In this document: piece after piece, positions 9,481 to 19,382 of the stretch
Layout of the letters: every line of letters begins with the position of its first letter
How positions within the stretch are numbered: position 1 is the stretch's first letter
Source: a virus
IMG/VR virus record: IMGVR_UViG_3300030419_007002
Span: 32,001-96,000 of that record
Direction: 5' to 3' (one strand)
Length of the DNA: 64,000 nt
The notes under the pieces: generated by a model
Databases searched by the model: none
The model's input: the letters and a program-made list of their open reading frames with translations, nothing else
What the model was told of the DNA's origin: nothing
Translations under genes and position numbers: made by a program

Positions 9481-10766
9481 AAATACAATTCATAAATCAT
9501 GCTAGCGTAATTTTTAAATGCGGCGAAACAAAAATTCTAACTGACCCTTGGTACTGTGGACACCCTTTTAATAACGGGTGGAGCCTGTTGGTAGAAAAAG
9601 ATATAGATATCAATAAATTAGATTTTAATTATCTTTGGTATTCTCACGAGCACCCAGATCATTTCAGCATAGCTGATATAAAAAAAATTAACGAAGATCG
9701 CAAAAAAGAAATAACCATCCTTTTCCAAAAAACTCCAGACCAAAAAGTTAAAGGCTTCTGTGAGAAGCTGGGGTTTAAAGTAAAAGAATTAGAGCCACTG
9801 AAGGAATACGAATTAGAAGGGGGTGTAAAAATAATCTGCGGCATAGAAGGCGGATTTGATTCTTGGATTTCAGTTAGTCACGAAGATAAAACAGCCCTAA
9901 ATATTAATGATTGCAGGGTAGAAAACGAAGAAGAGCTAGATGAAGTTAAAAACCTTGTCGGAAAAATTGATGTTTTGTTAACGCAATTTAGTTGGGCTAA
10001 TTGGGTAGGCAATAGCGGTGATGAAAAAGCTATTGAAACATCCAAGGGGATGGTATACCATAGGGTAGATAATCAAATTAAATTTTTAAAACCGAAATAT
10101 ATTATACCCTTTGCTAGCTTTACTTGGTTTTCTCATGAAGAAAACTATTTTTGTAATCACAATGCAATAACGGTAGAAGAATTCGTGGAAAGATACCCCG
10201 ACGAGAATATGATTACGATGTACCTCGAAGATGAATGGGAGGTCGGAGAAGACAGGGATTGCGCAGATTCCATATCTAAATGGATGAAAGCAATATCCCA
10301 GAACAGAACCCCCAAACACACGAGCTATACCGTACCAATAGAAGACCTATTAGACTCATTTAAAGAAATGAAATCTAAATTGCAAAAAGACAATGACTGG
10401 CAATCTATAATTGAGCTACATGAATCAGGAAATCTAGAAGACTGCATAGTTCACCTTACGGATACGGACCAAAATTTTATATTTAACATAGTTAAAGAAG
10501 CATTAACAGAAACCCAAGAACCTCACGACATAGAAATGGGAAGCGAATCTTTTCATTACTTAATGAAGCATGCTTGGGGAAGGGGGACGTTAATGATCAA
10601 CGGCAGGTTTCAAGCTAATTACGAAACCTTATATAGATTTTTAAGGCAAACCCACATATATTACGGCAACAATATAGGAAAAAGTTTCCCGAAAGACATA
10701 AGCCCAGAACAGATAATTAACCCTAAATGTTTTGTCTTCGAAACGATAGGGGAAATGAATAATTGA
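9477..10766 (+). CDS. Metallo-beta-lactamase-fold protein resembling the CMP-Neu5Ac hydroxylase (CMAH) catalytic domain, no Rieske domain
   Basis: NHAS, TDPW, GW, SHEHPDH, NDC, KPKYIIPFAS..FSHEEN motifs. Confidence 0.65.
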   Translation: MKIQFINHASVIFKCGETKILTDPWYCGHPFNNGWSLLVEKDIDINKLDFNYLWYSHEHPDHFSIADIKKINEDRKKEITILFQKTPDQKVKGFCEKLGFKVKELEPLKEYELEGGVKIICGIEGGFDSWISVSHEDKTALNINDCRVENEEELDEVKNLVGKIDVLLTQFSWANWVGNSGDEKAIETSKGMVYHRVDNQIKFLKPKYIIPFASFTWFSHEENYFCNHNAITVEEFVERYPDENMITMYLEDEWEVGEDRDCADSISKWMKAISQNRTPKHTSYTVPIEDLLDSFKEMKSKLQKDNDWQSIIELHESGNLEDCIVHLTDTDQNFIFNIVKEALTETQEPHDIEMGSESFHYLMKHAWGRGTLMINGRFQANYETLYRFLRQTHIYYGNNIGKSFPKDISPEQIINPKCFVFETIGEMNN

Positions 10767-10767
10767 A

Positions 10768-11865
10768 ATGAAAGTAAAATTCTTAGATTTATCAAAGCAA
10801 AATAAAGTTTTTAAAAGCGATTTCCTTAAGGAAGTTTCCGACATAGTGGATTCAGGGGCATACGTTTCCGGAAAAAGAGTTGAAAAGTTTGAGCAGGCGT
10901 TTGCTGAATATTGTGACTCGAAGTATTGCGTAGCTACTAGCAGTGGAACCTCAGCCTTACACGCGGCTCTTTCCTGCTTCGACCTAGAGGGGGACGTAGT
11001 AACTCCACCTAATAGCTTTATAGCCACAAGCGAGGCAGTTTCTTACTGCGATAAATTAAAACATAAATTCGTAGATGTAGATAAAAGTGGGTGCATGGAC
11101 CCCAAAAAAACTGAAAAACTAATAGGAGAGAAAGAAACTAAACTCATTTTACCCGTAAGCCTTTACGGAAACCCATGCGATCTGATAGAGTACTCGAGGC
11201 TTTGTCAGCAACATAAAAAATTCTTAATACATGACGCTGCACAAGCTCATGGAGCAGAGGTGATGAATACGCCGATCTCTTGGTTTTCAATTGCTACGTG
11301 CTTCAGTTTTTATCCCGGTAAAAATTTAGGGACAGCAGGGGAAGGCGGCGCAGTTGTCACCAACTCTCGCCAAGCCTATGAATACATGAAGGCTTTCGTC
11401 AATCACGGACAAATTGAAAAATACAAACACGAAATAGTAGGTAACAATTACAGGATGAGTGAAATAGAAGCGGCAGCTTTGAATATAAAACTAAACTACA
11501 TAGACGAGTGGACAGATCAAAGGATTGAAGCAGCCGAAAGGTATATCAATAACTTTTCCGGACACAAGAAAATAGGCCTAATCAAAACAAATCCACAGAA
11601 CAAATGCGTATATCATTTATTTCCAGTTTTCGTTTCTAATAGAGACAAAATTATCAAGAAGCTAAATGACAAAGGTGTCCAGACGGGAATACATTACCCT
11701 ATACCCATCCACATGCAAGGAGCATACCAGAGCCTAGGTCACAAAAAAGGTGACTTCCCAGAATCAGAGAGGCAAGCTAGAAGAGAAATAAGCCTGCCTA
11801 TTTACCCCGGAATAACCAACCAGCAGATAGATTACGTATCTGAATCCCTAATCGATTCATTATGA
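10768..11865 (+). CDS. DegT/DnrJ/EryC1/StrS PLP aminotransferase (WbpE-like)
   Basis: SGTSALH, DAAQAHGA, FSFYPGKNLGTAGEGG, GNNYRMSE, HYPIPIH, SLPIYP. Confidence 0.93.
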   Translation: MKVKFLDLSKQNKVFKSDFLKEVSDIVDSGAYVSGKRVEKFEQAFAEYCDSKYCVATSSGTSALHAALSCFDLEGDVVTPPNSFIATSEAVSYCDKLKHKFVDVDKSGCMDPKKTEKLIGEKETKLILPVSLYGNPCDLIEYSRLCQQHKKFLIHDAAQAHGAEVMNTPISWFSIATCFSFYPGKNLGTAGEGGAVVTNSRQAYEYMKAFVNHGQIEKYKHEIVGNNYRMSEIEAAALNIKLNYIDEWTDQRIEAAERYINNFSGHKKIGLIKTNPQNKCVYHLFPVFVSNRDKIIKKLNDKGVQTGIHYPIPIHMQGAYQSLGHKKGDFPESERQARREISLPIYPGITNQQIDYVSESLIDSL

Positions 11866-12764
11866 AGATAAAAACTTTCGGATATAAAAAAACCTCAGAG
11901 AACTACTTGCACTTACTTGAAGAAGAGTGGCTCAAAATGGGGCACGAAATTTTTTACGATGACGATACCTCTTCTGATTACGACTTCATTTTCAACATAG
12001 ATAGATCTCAGTTAGACCTAGCTTATTCAGAGTCCATAAAACGGAACAAGCCTCTACATTGTTTAATTTTAGATTTGTCTTATGGGTTTTTTAATGGGCA
12101 ATTTAACATTTACGACCCCTCTCTCGTAGAAAAAGAAAGTCGAATATATAAACACTGCGCTTCATTAATGGCGATCTCGAAGGAGACGGGGAGGGTACTA
12201 GAAAAGCTTACCGGACTTAGGGCTAACCACGTTGGAATACCCGCGCTTTCTTGTGATAAGTTTTATGAAGAAAGGGATAGGGGTGAATACATATATTTCT
12301 TTGGCAGACCCCTAGATCCAATTAAAAATATAACTACTGTTTTAAAAGCCATAAACGGCACAGGAGTTGAGCTTTACGTATCCGGAGAGCCATGCCCGCA
12401 AGAACTATTCACCTCTATCGCTCCAGACGTTAAAATAAAAAACTTTGGCTGGCTAGATAGGCAGGGGGTCAATGAACTAATAAAACAAGCCAGACTGCTG
12501 ATAGCCCCAGAGCTCTATGGTGGACTAGGCATGCAGCCAATAGAGGGCGCACTAATGGGAACACCGTGCCTAAGCGCTGATATACCAATAAAAAGGGAGG
12601 TGTGGGGAGACACGCTACCCCTCTACGAACCCCAAGACCACGAAGACTGTAGAGAAAAAATAATAAATTTTGATCAAGGATCTATCGATATGACAAAGGC
12701 AGCAGAGATAGCTGAATGGTACCTACCTAATAGAGTAGCAGAAAGGATACTTAATAATATATGA
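11862..12764 (+). CDS. GT-B (GT4-like) glycosyltransferase
   Basis: FGRPLDPIKN, GGLGMQPIEGALMGTPCLSADIP. Confidence 0.8.
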   Translation: MKIKTFGYKKTSENYLHLLEEEWLKMGHEIFYDDDTSSDYDFIFNIDRSQLDLAYSESIKRNKPLHCLILDLSYGFFNGQFNIYDPSLVEKESRIYKHCASLMAISKETGRVLEKLTGLRANHVGIPALSCDKFYEERDRGEYIYFFGRPLDPIKNITTVLKAINGTGVELYVSGEPCPQELFTSIAPDVKIKNFGWLDRQGVNELIKQARLLIAPELYGGLGMQPIEGALMGTPCLSADIPIKREVWGDTLPLYEPQDHEDCREKIINFDQGSIDMTKAAEIAEWYLPNRVAERILNNI

Positions 12765-13522
12765 AAATAGGCATTATATCCGCAGCGTATAATTGTGGTG
12801 AATACATTGATGAAGTTCTAGCTCCTTGGGTAGAGCTTAAAAAAGAGCACGATATATTTATTAGCATGATACATGTGTGCTTCAAAGAAAATCAAGAATT
12901 AGGCCTGTCGCCTAAATCAGAAGACAATACAGAAGAATTGTTGCAGCTTGCCCTAAGTGAATCAAAAATAGACTATTACGAATCTACGACAGAACCCCTT
13001 ACAGAACCAGAGGCAAGGACTATATGCTTAAATAATGTTAAAAAACATGACATAGATTATCTTTGGCTCTTGGGCTTAGACGAAATATATACGACCGAAG
13101 AAATAAAAAAAATAATTAATTTTGTAGAATTTAATAAGTTCATATCTTGGTTTAGCATAAACTTTAAAAATTATTTATTCGAGAATAATACTTGGATAGA
13201 TGGGTTCTCTCCCCCTAGAATCTTTAACGCAAGATGTAATGACGGTATTAAGCAGCTTTATTACGATGACGATGTCGTTTATAATGATGGGGCAGACTAT
13301 AAAGCGCTTTCTAATTTAGAGATACCCAGAGGGATAGCTCATGTCAAGCACATGACTTGGCTAAATAATGAAACCAGCAGGAGAAAATGTGAATACCAGA
13401 AATCTAGGTGGGGAGAAGATTTTTGTAGCTACCTTTGGGACTACGACAAAAAAGAATTAAAATTCAATGAAAACTACTACAAGCTCCACAACAAACAAAA
13501 GCCAAAATTAAATTATGATTGA
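12761..13522 (+). CDS. GT-A (GT2-like) glycosyltransferase
   Basis: IISAAYNC, SEDNT, LGLDEIY, PRIF, late HMTW. Confidence 0.65.
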   Translation: MKIGIISAAYNCGEYIDEVLAPWVELKKEHDIFISMIHVCFKENQELGLSPKSEDNTEELLQLALSESKIDYYESTTEPLTEPEARTICLNNVKKHDIDYLWLLGLDEIYTTEEIKKIINFVEFNKFISWFSINFKNYLFENNTWIDGFSPPRIFNARCNDGIKQLYYDDDVVYNDGADYKALSNLEIPRGIAHVKHMTWLNNETSRRKCEYQKSRWGEDFCSYLWDYDKKELKFNENYYKLHNKQKPKLNYD

Positions 13523-14456
13523 TAAACCCAAGCTATGGTTATGCGGAATAACCCAAGACAGAGAAAAGGATGTGGAAGAAATGACTCGGCCAGAAGTCAT
13601 GGAGCACTTTGATGGATTAGTTTTTACGGATGGTTATTCAAAAGACGAAACTTATAGTATTCTTAACGAAAGAAAAAAAGAAGGAAAGATCGCTCGAAGA
13701 AAATGGACCAATGACCACGATTACCAAATGAACGAGTTCATGAGATGCGGAGCAATGAGTAACGGAGATTGGTTTGTTTTATTAGATTCGCCAGATAGAG
13801 TAAACCTAGATTGGGCAGCTGGCCTAAGGGAAGAAATAGAAAAGCTAGAAGAAGAATCGGTAGGAGCCGTAAACATGGACAGCAAAATACATCTAGCAAA
13901 ATATTTTGACCACATGTATTACGCCCCGAATCCTCACTGGGGCCTGCAAGGGGTCGTAAACAAAGTAGCATTTTACGACAAAGACCAGAAAGAGCAATGC
14001 ATAGAAAGTAAAAGGTTTGATAATCCAGTAAAATCAGCTTTAGTTCATCCCGTAAAATACTATTACGTATACGGAAGATCAAATCATTGCCAATTGCTTT
14101 ACGGAAGATTTGGTGCAGAAGCAGTCAACTTCCACGAAGCTAATAGGTTAAGGTTCAGATTGCATTGCGAAAAAATCTTAGGGCTAGACATCTCCACGTT
14201 AGATTCTCTAGAAGAATTCTATAGGAAGGGAGATTTTAGCGACGAATTCATAGATGCCGTGGAGCTAGAAGTAAACTTAAAAGATTACTTCAGATACAAA
14301 ATACTAGAACAAGACTTCGTAGAAGAGATAGATAAAAATAGAATTAATTGGAGTTTTAGACTATACTTAGATAGTGGAGACGCTAAACAAGAATCTACCG
14401 ATTATAAGGGCCCGATAAATCAATACCTAGAACAGGTAGGACAACCAGAAGAATGA
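13515..14456 (+). CDS. GT-A-like glycosyltransferase
   Basis: TDGYSKDET and WFVLLDSPDR pattern of GT2 N-domain; glycan cluster context. Confidence 0.55.
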   Translation: MIDKPKLWLCGITQDREKDVEEMTRPEVMEHFDGLVFTDGYSKDETYSILNERKKEGKIARRKWTNDHDYQMNEFMRCGAMSNGDWFVLLDSPDRVNLDWAAGLREEIEKLEEESVGAVNMDSKIHLAKYFDHMYYAPNPHWGLQGVVNKVAFYDKDQKEQCIESKRFDNPVKSALVHPVKYYYVYGRSNHCQLLYGRFGAEAVNFHEANRLRFRLHCEKILGLDISTLDSLEEFYRKGDFSDEFIDAVELEVNLKDYFRYKILEQDFVEEIDKNRINWSFRLYLDSGDAKQESTDYKGPINQYLEQVGQPEE

Positions 14457-15517
14457 AAAAAGTATTAGTTACAGGAATCCTAGGGCAGGATGGCGCTAAC
14501 ATGGCGGAGTTTTTACTATTTGAAAACGAAGAGCCAGTCCAAGTCTATGGAATGATGCGCAGAAGCTCTATACCTAATTTTACAAACACAGATAAATTTA
14601 GATATCATGAAAATTTTGAGTTTGTGCATGGTGATCTTTCTGATGACGTCAGTCTCGATAACCTAGTAAAAAAAATTCAACCAGACTACTTCGTTAACTT
14701 CGCAGCAAACTCTTTTGTTGGTTGTTCTTGGGATATGCCAGAGCAAGTCATGGATGTTAACACCCTTGGCGTCCTTAGGTGCTTGGAGTCTATACGTAAG
14801 TTCAAGCCAGATTGTAAATTTTACAGCGCAGGAAGTAGCGAAGAATGGGGGGACGTAGACTATTCACCCCAAGACATAAAGCACCCCATAAAACCCAGAA
14901 GCCCCTACGGAGCGTCAAAAGCAGCAGCTAGACATTTAGTAAAAGTTTACAGAGAATCGCACAATCTTTACGCAGTTCACGGAATACTCTTCAATCACGA
15001 AGGGACCAAGAGGGGGGAGGAGTTTGTTACTAGAAAAATAACGAAAGCAGTTGCAAAAATATATAACCAGAAACGGATTGGGCAAAAAATTACACCAGTT
15101 GAGCTTGGAAACCTAGACGCTAAACGCGACTGGAGCGATAGTAAGGATTTTGTGAAAGGGGTATGGCTAATGCTTAACCAAGAATCCCCCAAAGACTATA
15201 TATTGTCGAGCGGAGAAACGCACTCTATAAGGGAATTTGTAGAGCTAGCCTTCAAGGAGGCAGGAATAGAAGGTCAATGGAAAGGCGAGGGGGTGGAAGA
15301 AACTTACAATCTTAAAGATTCTGATCCTAGTCGATATTCTTCGGGAGAAACATTATTAAAAATAAATAAAAAATTTTACAGACCAGCAGAAGTAGACCTC
15401 TTATTAGGAGACTCCAGCCCCATAAGAGAAGAATTAGGCTGGAAACCAGAAATTTCATTTGACAATCTAGTAGCAAGTATGGTACAATATGATATTGGAT
15501 TGTTAGATGGCAAATAA
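14453..15517 (+). CDS. gmd: GDP-mannose 4,6-dehydratase
   Basis: TGILGQDG, AANSFV, SSEE, PRSPYGASK, GILFNHEG, EFVTRKIT, LGNLDAKRDW, RPAEVDLLLGD. Confidence 0.95.
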   Translation: MKKVLVTGILGQDGANMAEFLLFENEEPVQVYGMMRRSSIPNFTNTDKFRYHENFEFVHGDLSDDVSLDNLVKKIQPDYFVNFAANSFVGCSWDMPEQVMDVNTLGVLRCLESIRKFKPDCKFYSAGSSEEWGDVDYSPQDIKHPIKPRSPYGASKAAARHLVKVYRESHNLYAVHGILFNHEGTKRGEEFVTRKITKAVAKIYNQKRIGQKITPVELGNLDAKRDWSDSKDFVKGVWLMLNQESPKDYILSSGETHSIREFVELAFKEAGIEGQWKGEGVEETYNLKDSDPSRYSSGETLLKINKKFYRPAEVDLLLGDSSPIREELGWKPEISFDNLVASMVQYDIGLLDGK

Positions 15518-15881
15518 GACGGATCATAATAAATGTAAAATGATTGTATCCAAGCTCGTCTCTCAGACGAGATGGGATGGCTCTAAAAATCCCATTAGTT
15601 GGCCTAAAGAAATCAAAATAGCCAAACAGTTAATTAAAAAGTTTCCACAAGAAAAGTTTTGGAAAACTTTATTTATAGAAGAAAAACCCACTTCCTTGTC
15701 TTGGTTTTTGACCACGGAAGGTAACATAATTTTATGTCAGCACAACCTGAAAACAAACAAAAAAGAAACCACGGGGCTAGCTAAAATAGCTGAAGTAAAA
15801 ATGAACTCCACCAAGCTAGGTGAAGACAAAAACGTGTCGCTACCCCCGACAAACATTATGGAATTCATGAAGGATGACTAA
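15507..15881 (+). CDS. Hypothetical protein upstream of recA
   Basis: 124-aa ORF overlapping both neighbours in the operon. Confidence 0.6.
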   Translation: MANKTDHNKCKMIVSKLVSQTRWDGSKNPISWPKEIKIAKQLIKKFPQEKFWKTLFIEEKPTSLSWFLTTEGNIILCQHNLKTNKKETTGLAKIAEVKMNSTKLGEDKNVSLPPTNIMEFMKDD

Positions 15882-16962
15882 GAAAAAAACAGATAACGTT
15901 TCTCCCCTCCAACAGATACAAGCTTACTTGGAGCAAAACAAAGGAGATCATTACAACTTTGAAGAAGAGAGGGTATATACCGTCTCTAGCGGCAGCTTAT
16001 TATTAGATATAGAAATGGGTGGTGGAATAAAACCCGGAGTAGTAAGAGCCTCTGGAGTTACAGAGGGAGGCAAAACCTCTTGCGGCTTAGCTTTCGCCAA
16101 GAATTTCCAGAAGATGGATAACAGTATGGTTATCTATATCAAAGCAGAGGGTAGACTATCCGTAGACATGATAGAAAGAATGGGAATTGACACTAGCGAA
16201 GAAAAGTGGTTTGTTTTTAAATGTAATGTTTATGAAACTGTAATAGATTTTATGAGGCAGATGGTGAAAGATAACCCATCAGATACTCGTTATATGTTCA
16301 TCATAGACTCTATGGATGCTTTAGTCCCCAAGGGGGATCTCGAAAAAGGCGCAGACGAAGCACTCAAGGTCGGCGGCGGAGCTTTACTAAGCTCAGACTT
16401 CTTGCGCCGCATGGCGCTGGGGCTAGCGACAAGAGGTCATATATGCTACATGATTTCTCAAGTACGCAGCACAATAAAGATTAACCCATACGAAAAATCT
16501 GACCCGCAAGTCACAAACGCTTCGGGCGGAAATGCCGCGCTCCATTATAGCGATTGGATTTTAGAATTTCAGCCCAGATATTTAAAAGACCTGATCACCA
16601 CTCAGCCGAACGGCAAAGGTGATCATCTTGGACACTGGTGCAAGGTGGTTTTTAGAAAGACTCCTAACGAAAAAACTGGCGTGTCTGTTCGTTACCCTAT
16701 CCGTTACGGCAGAAAGCACGGCAAGAGCATCTGGGTTGAAAAAGAGGTTGTCGACATGATGCTTATGTGGGGAATGGCCACAGCAAAAGGTGCTTGGGTT
16801 ACAATTTCAGACGAAATAATAGAAGAAGTAAATAAAGAAACAGGGGTCGAGATTAAAAAGCAGCATCAAGGCATGGACAACTTTAGTAAATACTTCGAAG
16901 AAAACAAAGAAATAGGAAAATATTTATTTTATAAATTTAGAGAAACGCTAAAAAAATCTTAA
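15874..16962 (+). CDS. recA: RecA/UvsX-family recombinase
   Basis: SSGSLLLD, Walker A GVTEGGKTS, Walker B IIDS, ISQVR, SGGNA..HY. Confidence 0.88.
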   Translation: MTKKKTDNVSPLQQIQAYLEQNKGDHYNFEEERVYTVSSGSLLLDIEMGGGIKPGVVRASGVTEGGKTSCGLAFAKNFQKMDNSMVIYIKAEGRLSVDMIERMGIDTSEEKWFVFKCNVYETVIDFMRQMVKDNPSDTRYMFIIDSMDALVPKGDLEKGADEALKVGGGALLSSDFLRRMALGLATRGHICYMISQVRSTIKINPYEKSDPQVTNASGGNAALHYSDWILEFQPRYLKDLITTQPNGKGDHLGHWCKVVFRKTPNEKTGVSVRYPIRYGRKHGKSIWVEKEVVDMMLMWGMATAKGAWVTISDEIIEEVNKETGVEIKKQHQGMDNFSKYFEENKEIGKYLFYKFRETLKKS

Positions 16963-16972
16963 GAAGAATTTT

Positions 16973-17049
16973 GCTCTCGTAGCTCAATTGGATAGAGCAT
17001 CTGTCTTCTAAACAGAGGGTTCTGGGTTCAAGTCCCAGCGAGAGTACCA
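16973..17049 (+). tRNA. tRNA-Arg, anticodon TCT, CCA encoded
   Basis: Cloverleaf: acceptor GCTCTCG/CGAGAGT, D arm GCTC..GAGC, anticodon arm TCTGT-CTTCTAA-ACAGA, T arm CTGGG-TTCAAGT-CCCAG, ACCA end. Confidence 0.97.
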
Positions 17050-18173
17050 TGAATAAAAGCGATACAAAAAAACTTAAAAATTTTTATGAATCCTTAAAGA
17101 GGGAGAAAGAGAGCTTCATAGGCTACCCAGTAAACACCTCCTTTGATTATTCCGAGCTCTTCGAGTTCCTGTCTATCCCGCTTAATAATGTGGGCGACCC
17201 ATTCTCTTCGAGTTATTACGGCCTAGACTCGAGAGAATTTGAAAGGGAGGTTTTGAATTGGTTTGCAAAACTACATAACGCTCCCCTTGATAATTATTGG
17301 GGATACGTAACCAATGGCGGAACAGAAGGAAACCTTTATGGGCTTTACCTAGCTAGAGAGTTGTACCCCAAAGGGGTTGTGTATTATTCCCAAGATACTC
17401 ACTATAGCGTAAGTAAAAACATTCGAGTATTAAATATGGAAAATGTGATGATTAAGTCCCGTCGCAATGGGGAGATGGATTATCAAGACTTTAAAGACAT
17501 GCTCTCTAGCTGGAGATCTGCACCGCCCATAATATTCGCTAACGTAGGGACGACGATGAGAGAAGCCTTTGATAGTGTATCTGAAATTAAAAAAGTCTTG
17601 AAAGAGTTAGCGATACCAGAATATTATATTCACGTAGACGCAGCGTTAGGTGGCATGACTCTTCCGTTTATTGAAGGCTCTCCCAAATTTGATTTTACAA
17701 CAGGTGTTCAAAGCATGTCTATAAGTGGACATAAGTTTATAGGTTCCCCCATGCCCTGCGGCGTAGTACTAGCCCTTAAGAGCAACGTGGGCAGGGTATC
17801 CAGAGCCGTAGAGTATGTGGGTTCACTAGATAGCACCATTAGCGGGTCAAGAAATGGATTCACTCCGATACTCCTGTGGTACGCAATTAAAAGGTATGGA
17901 TTTAATGGGTTCAAAAAAGTCGTAAGGCAATGCGTGAGAACCGCAGAGAAAGCCGTAAGGAAATTTAACGAAGCAGGTATAAAGGCTTGGAAAAATGATC
18001 ACTCTATAACAGTTATTTTCCCTAGGCCAAGCTATAAAATAAGCAAGAAATGGAAGCTTGCCGTTCAAGATGACATCGCCCACATAATTTGTATGCCTCA
18101 GGTTGATGATAAAACCATAGACTCGATAATAAAGGATATCCTAGAAGATGAGCCAAAGAAAATATTTGGATGA
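17049..18173 (+). CDS. hdc: PLP-dependent group II decarboxylase (histidine/serine decarboxylase family)
   Basis: IGYPVN, NNVGDPF, GYVTNGGTEGN, THYSV, HVDAA, SISGHKFIGSPMPCG (PLP Lys), TISGSRNG. Confidence 0.88.
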   Translation: MNKSDTKKLKNFYESLKREKESFIGYPVNTSFDYSELFEFLSIPLNNVGDPFSSSYYGLDSREFEREVLNWFAKLHNAPLDNYWGYVTNGGTEGNLYGLYLARELYPKGVVYYSQDTHYSVSKNIRVLNMENVMIKSRRNGEMDYQDFKDMLSSWRSAPPIIFANVGTTMREAFDSVSEIKKVLKELAIPEYYIHVDAALGGMTLPFIEGSPKFDFTTGVQSMSISGHKFIGSPMPCGVVLALKSNVGRVSRAVEYVGSLDSTISGSRNGFTPILLWYAIKRYGFNGFKKVVRQCVRTAEKAVRKFNEAGIKAWKNDHSITVIFPRPSYKISKKWKLAVQDDIAHIICMPQVDDKTIDSIIKDILEDEPKKIFG

Positions 18174-18194
18174 CCCCAATTTCCACCGTATAAT
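18166..18194 (+). promoter_or_regulatory. Sigma70-like promoter
   Basis: TTGGAT-17 nt-TATAAT, 10 nt before ATG at 18205. Confidence 0.55.
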
Positions 18195-18204
18195 TAATAG
18201 CCTC

Positions 18205-18615
18205 ATGAATATAAAATTAACAACTGTAGCGGTGAGCGGATACTTTGACCCTCTCCACGTGGGGCATATAGAGATGCTAGAAAAAGCGAAATCCCTAGGG
18301 GATAAGCTAATTGTTATAGTTAATAATGACGCCCAAGCTAAACTTAAAAAAGGCAAGTCATTCATGAGCCAAGAGGATAGGCTAAAAATCATAAGGTCGC
18401 TGAAATGCGTAAATGAAGCGTTCATTTCAATAGATGAAGACTCATCTGTATGCAAGTCGCTAGCCGCCTGTAAGCCAGATATTTTTGCCAACGGTGGAGA
18501 CAGAATAGAGGAGGAAATCCCCGAATCGCTTATCTGTAGGGAGCTCGGAATAGAAATGGTAGACGGACTTGGCGATAAAATAAGATCATCATCAGACTAT
18601 ACAGGACTTAAATGA
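18205..18615 (+). CDS. Cytidylyltransferase-like nucleotidyltransferase (TagD / HldE domain II family)
   Basis: SGYFDPLHVGH (HxGH), FANGGDR, KIRSSS; start taken at second ATG. Confidence 0.85.
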   Translation: MNIKLTTVAVSGYFDPLHVGHIEMLEKAKSLGDKLIVIVNNDAQAKLKKGKSFMSQEDRLKIIRSLKCVNEAFISIDEDSSVCKSLAACKPDIFANGGDRIEEEIPESLICRELGIEMVDGLGDKIRSSSDYTGLK

Positions 18616-19382
18616 AATTTTTAGTAATAGGAGATAGCTGTACAGACAAATTTATCTACGGCAAATGCGAAAGGATATGCCCCGAAGCACCCGTGCCAGT
18701 CTTTAATCCGATAAAGGAAACCACCAATGGGGGCATGGCAGCTAACGTGAAAGCAAACGTTGAGTCTTTGGGCGTAGAATGTGATTTAATAACTCACGAA
18801 AATCAGATAGTTAAAACTAGATATGTAGATATTAAAACTAATCAAATGCTTCTGCGGGTCGATGAAAACGATGAGGCCATGGGAAAATTCAACCACGGAG
18901 AAGTAGATTGGAAAAAATATGATGCAGTTATTATTTCTAATTACGGAAAAGGTTTTCTCAACGGAATGAGTGATGTTAGAAAAATATGTTTAGAGCATGA
19001 TAATGTGTTTTTAGATAGTAATAAATGTAAGATAGATACAGATTTACCTTTAAATTTAAGATTCTTAAAAATAAATGAGTATGAACTAGAAATTAATCCT
19101 CACCTCAAGAGTCATCTAGAGCCAGACGTTGGATTTATGACAAATTATACTAGGCCAGATCAAATTATAATTACTCTGGGCCATAAGGGGTGCAGTTATA
19201 TGGGTAAGACTTACCCGCCGCCCAAGCGCGTTGTCGCTCAAGATTTATCTGGCGCAGGAGACACTTTTTTAGCAGCATTAGCCGTCTCCATAATGAAGGT
19301 CAACGAAGTAGAAATGGCTATAGAATTTGCAAACGAATGCGCTTCGAAAGTAGTTGAGAAAAGGGGAGTAAAAACAGTATGA
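18612..19382 (+). CDS. PfkB-family kinase, HldE/RfaE domain I-like (heptose-7-phosphate kinase)
   Basis: VIGDSCTD, RICPEAPVPV, GGMAANV, KTRY, SNYGKG, DLSGAGDTF. Confidence 0.85.
   Translation: MKFLVIGDSCTDKFIYGKCERICPEAPVPVFNPIKETTNGGMAANVKANVESLGVECDLITHENQIVKTRYVDIKTNQMLLRVDENDEAMGKFNHGEVDWKKYDAVIISNYGKGFLNGMSDVRKICLEHDNVFLDSNKCKIDTDLPLNLRFLKINEYELEINPHLKSHLEPDVGFMTNYTRPDQIIITLGHKGCSYMGKTYPPPKRVVAQDLSGAGDTFLAALAVSIMKVNEVEMAIEFANECASKVVEKRGVKTV

Noticed and set aside
6352-15517. Bacterial O-antigen/capsule locus (cellular origin of the window)
   Set aside because: No wzx/wzy/wzm/wzt or initiating transferase; genes are interleaved with divergent phage-type replication and tail genes
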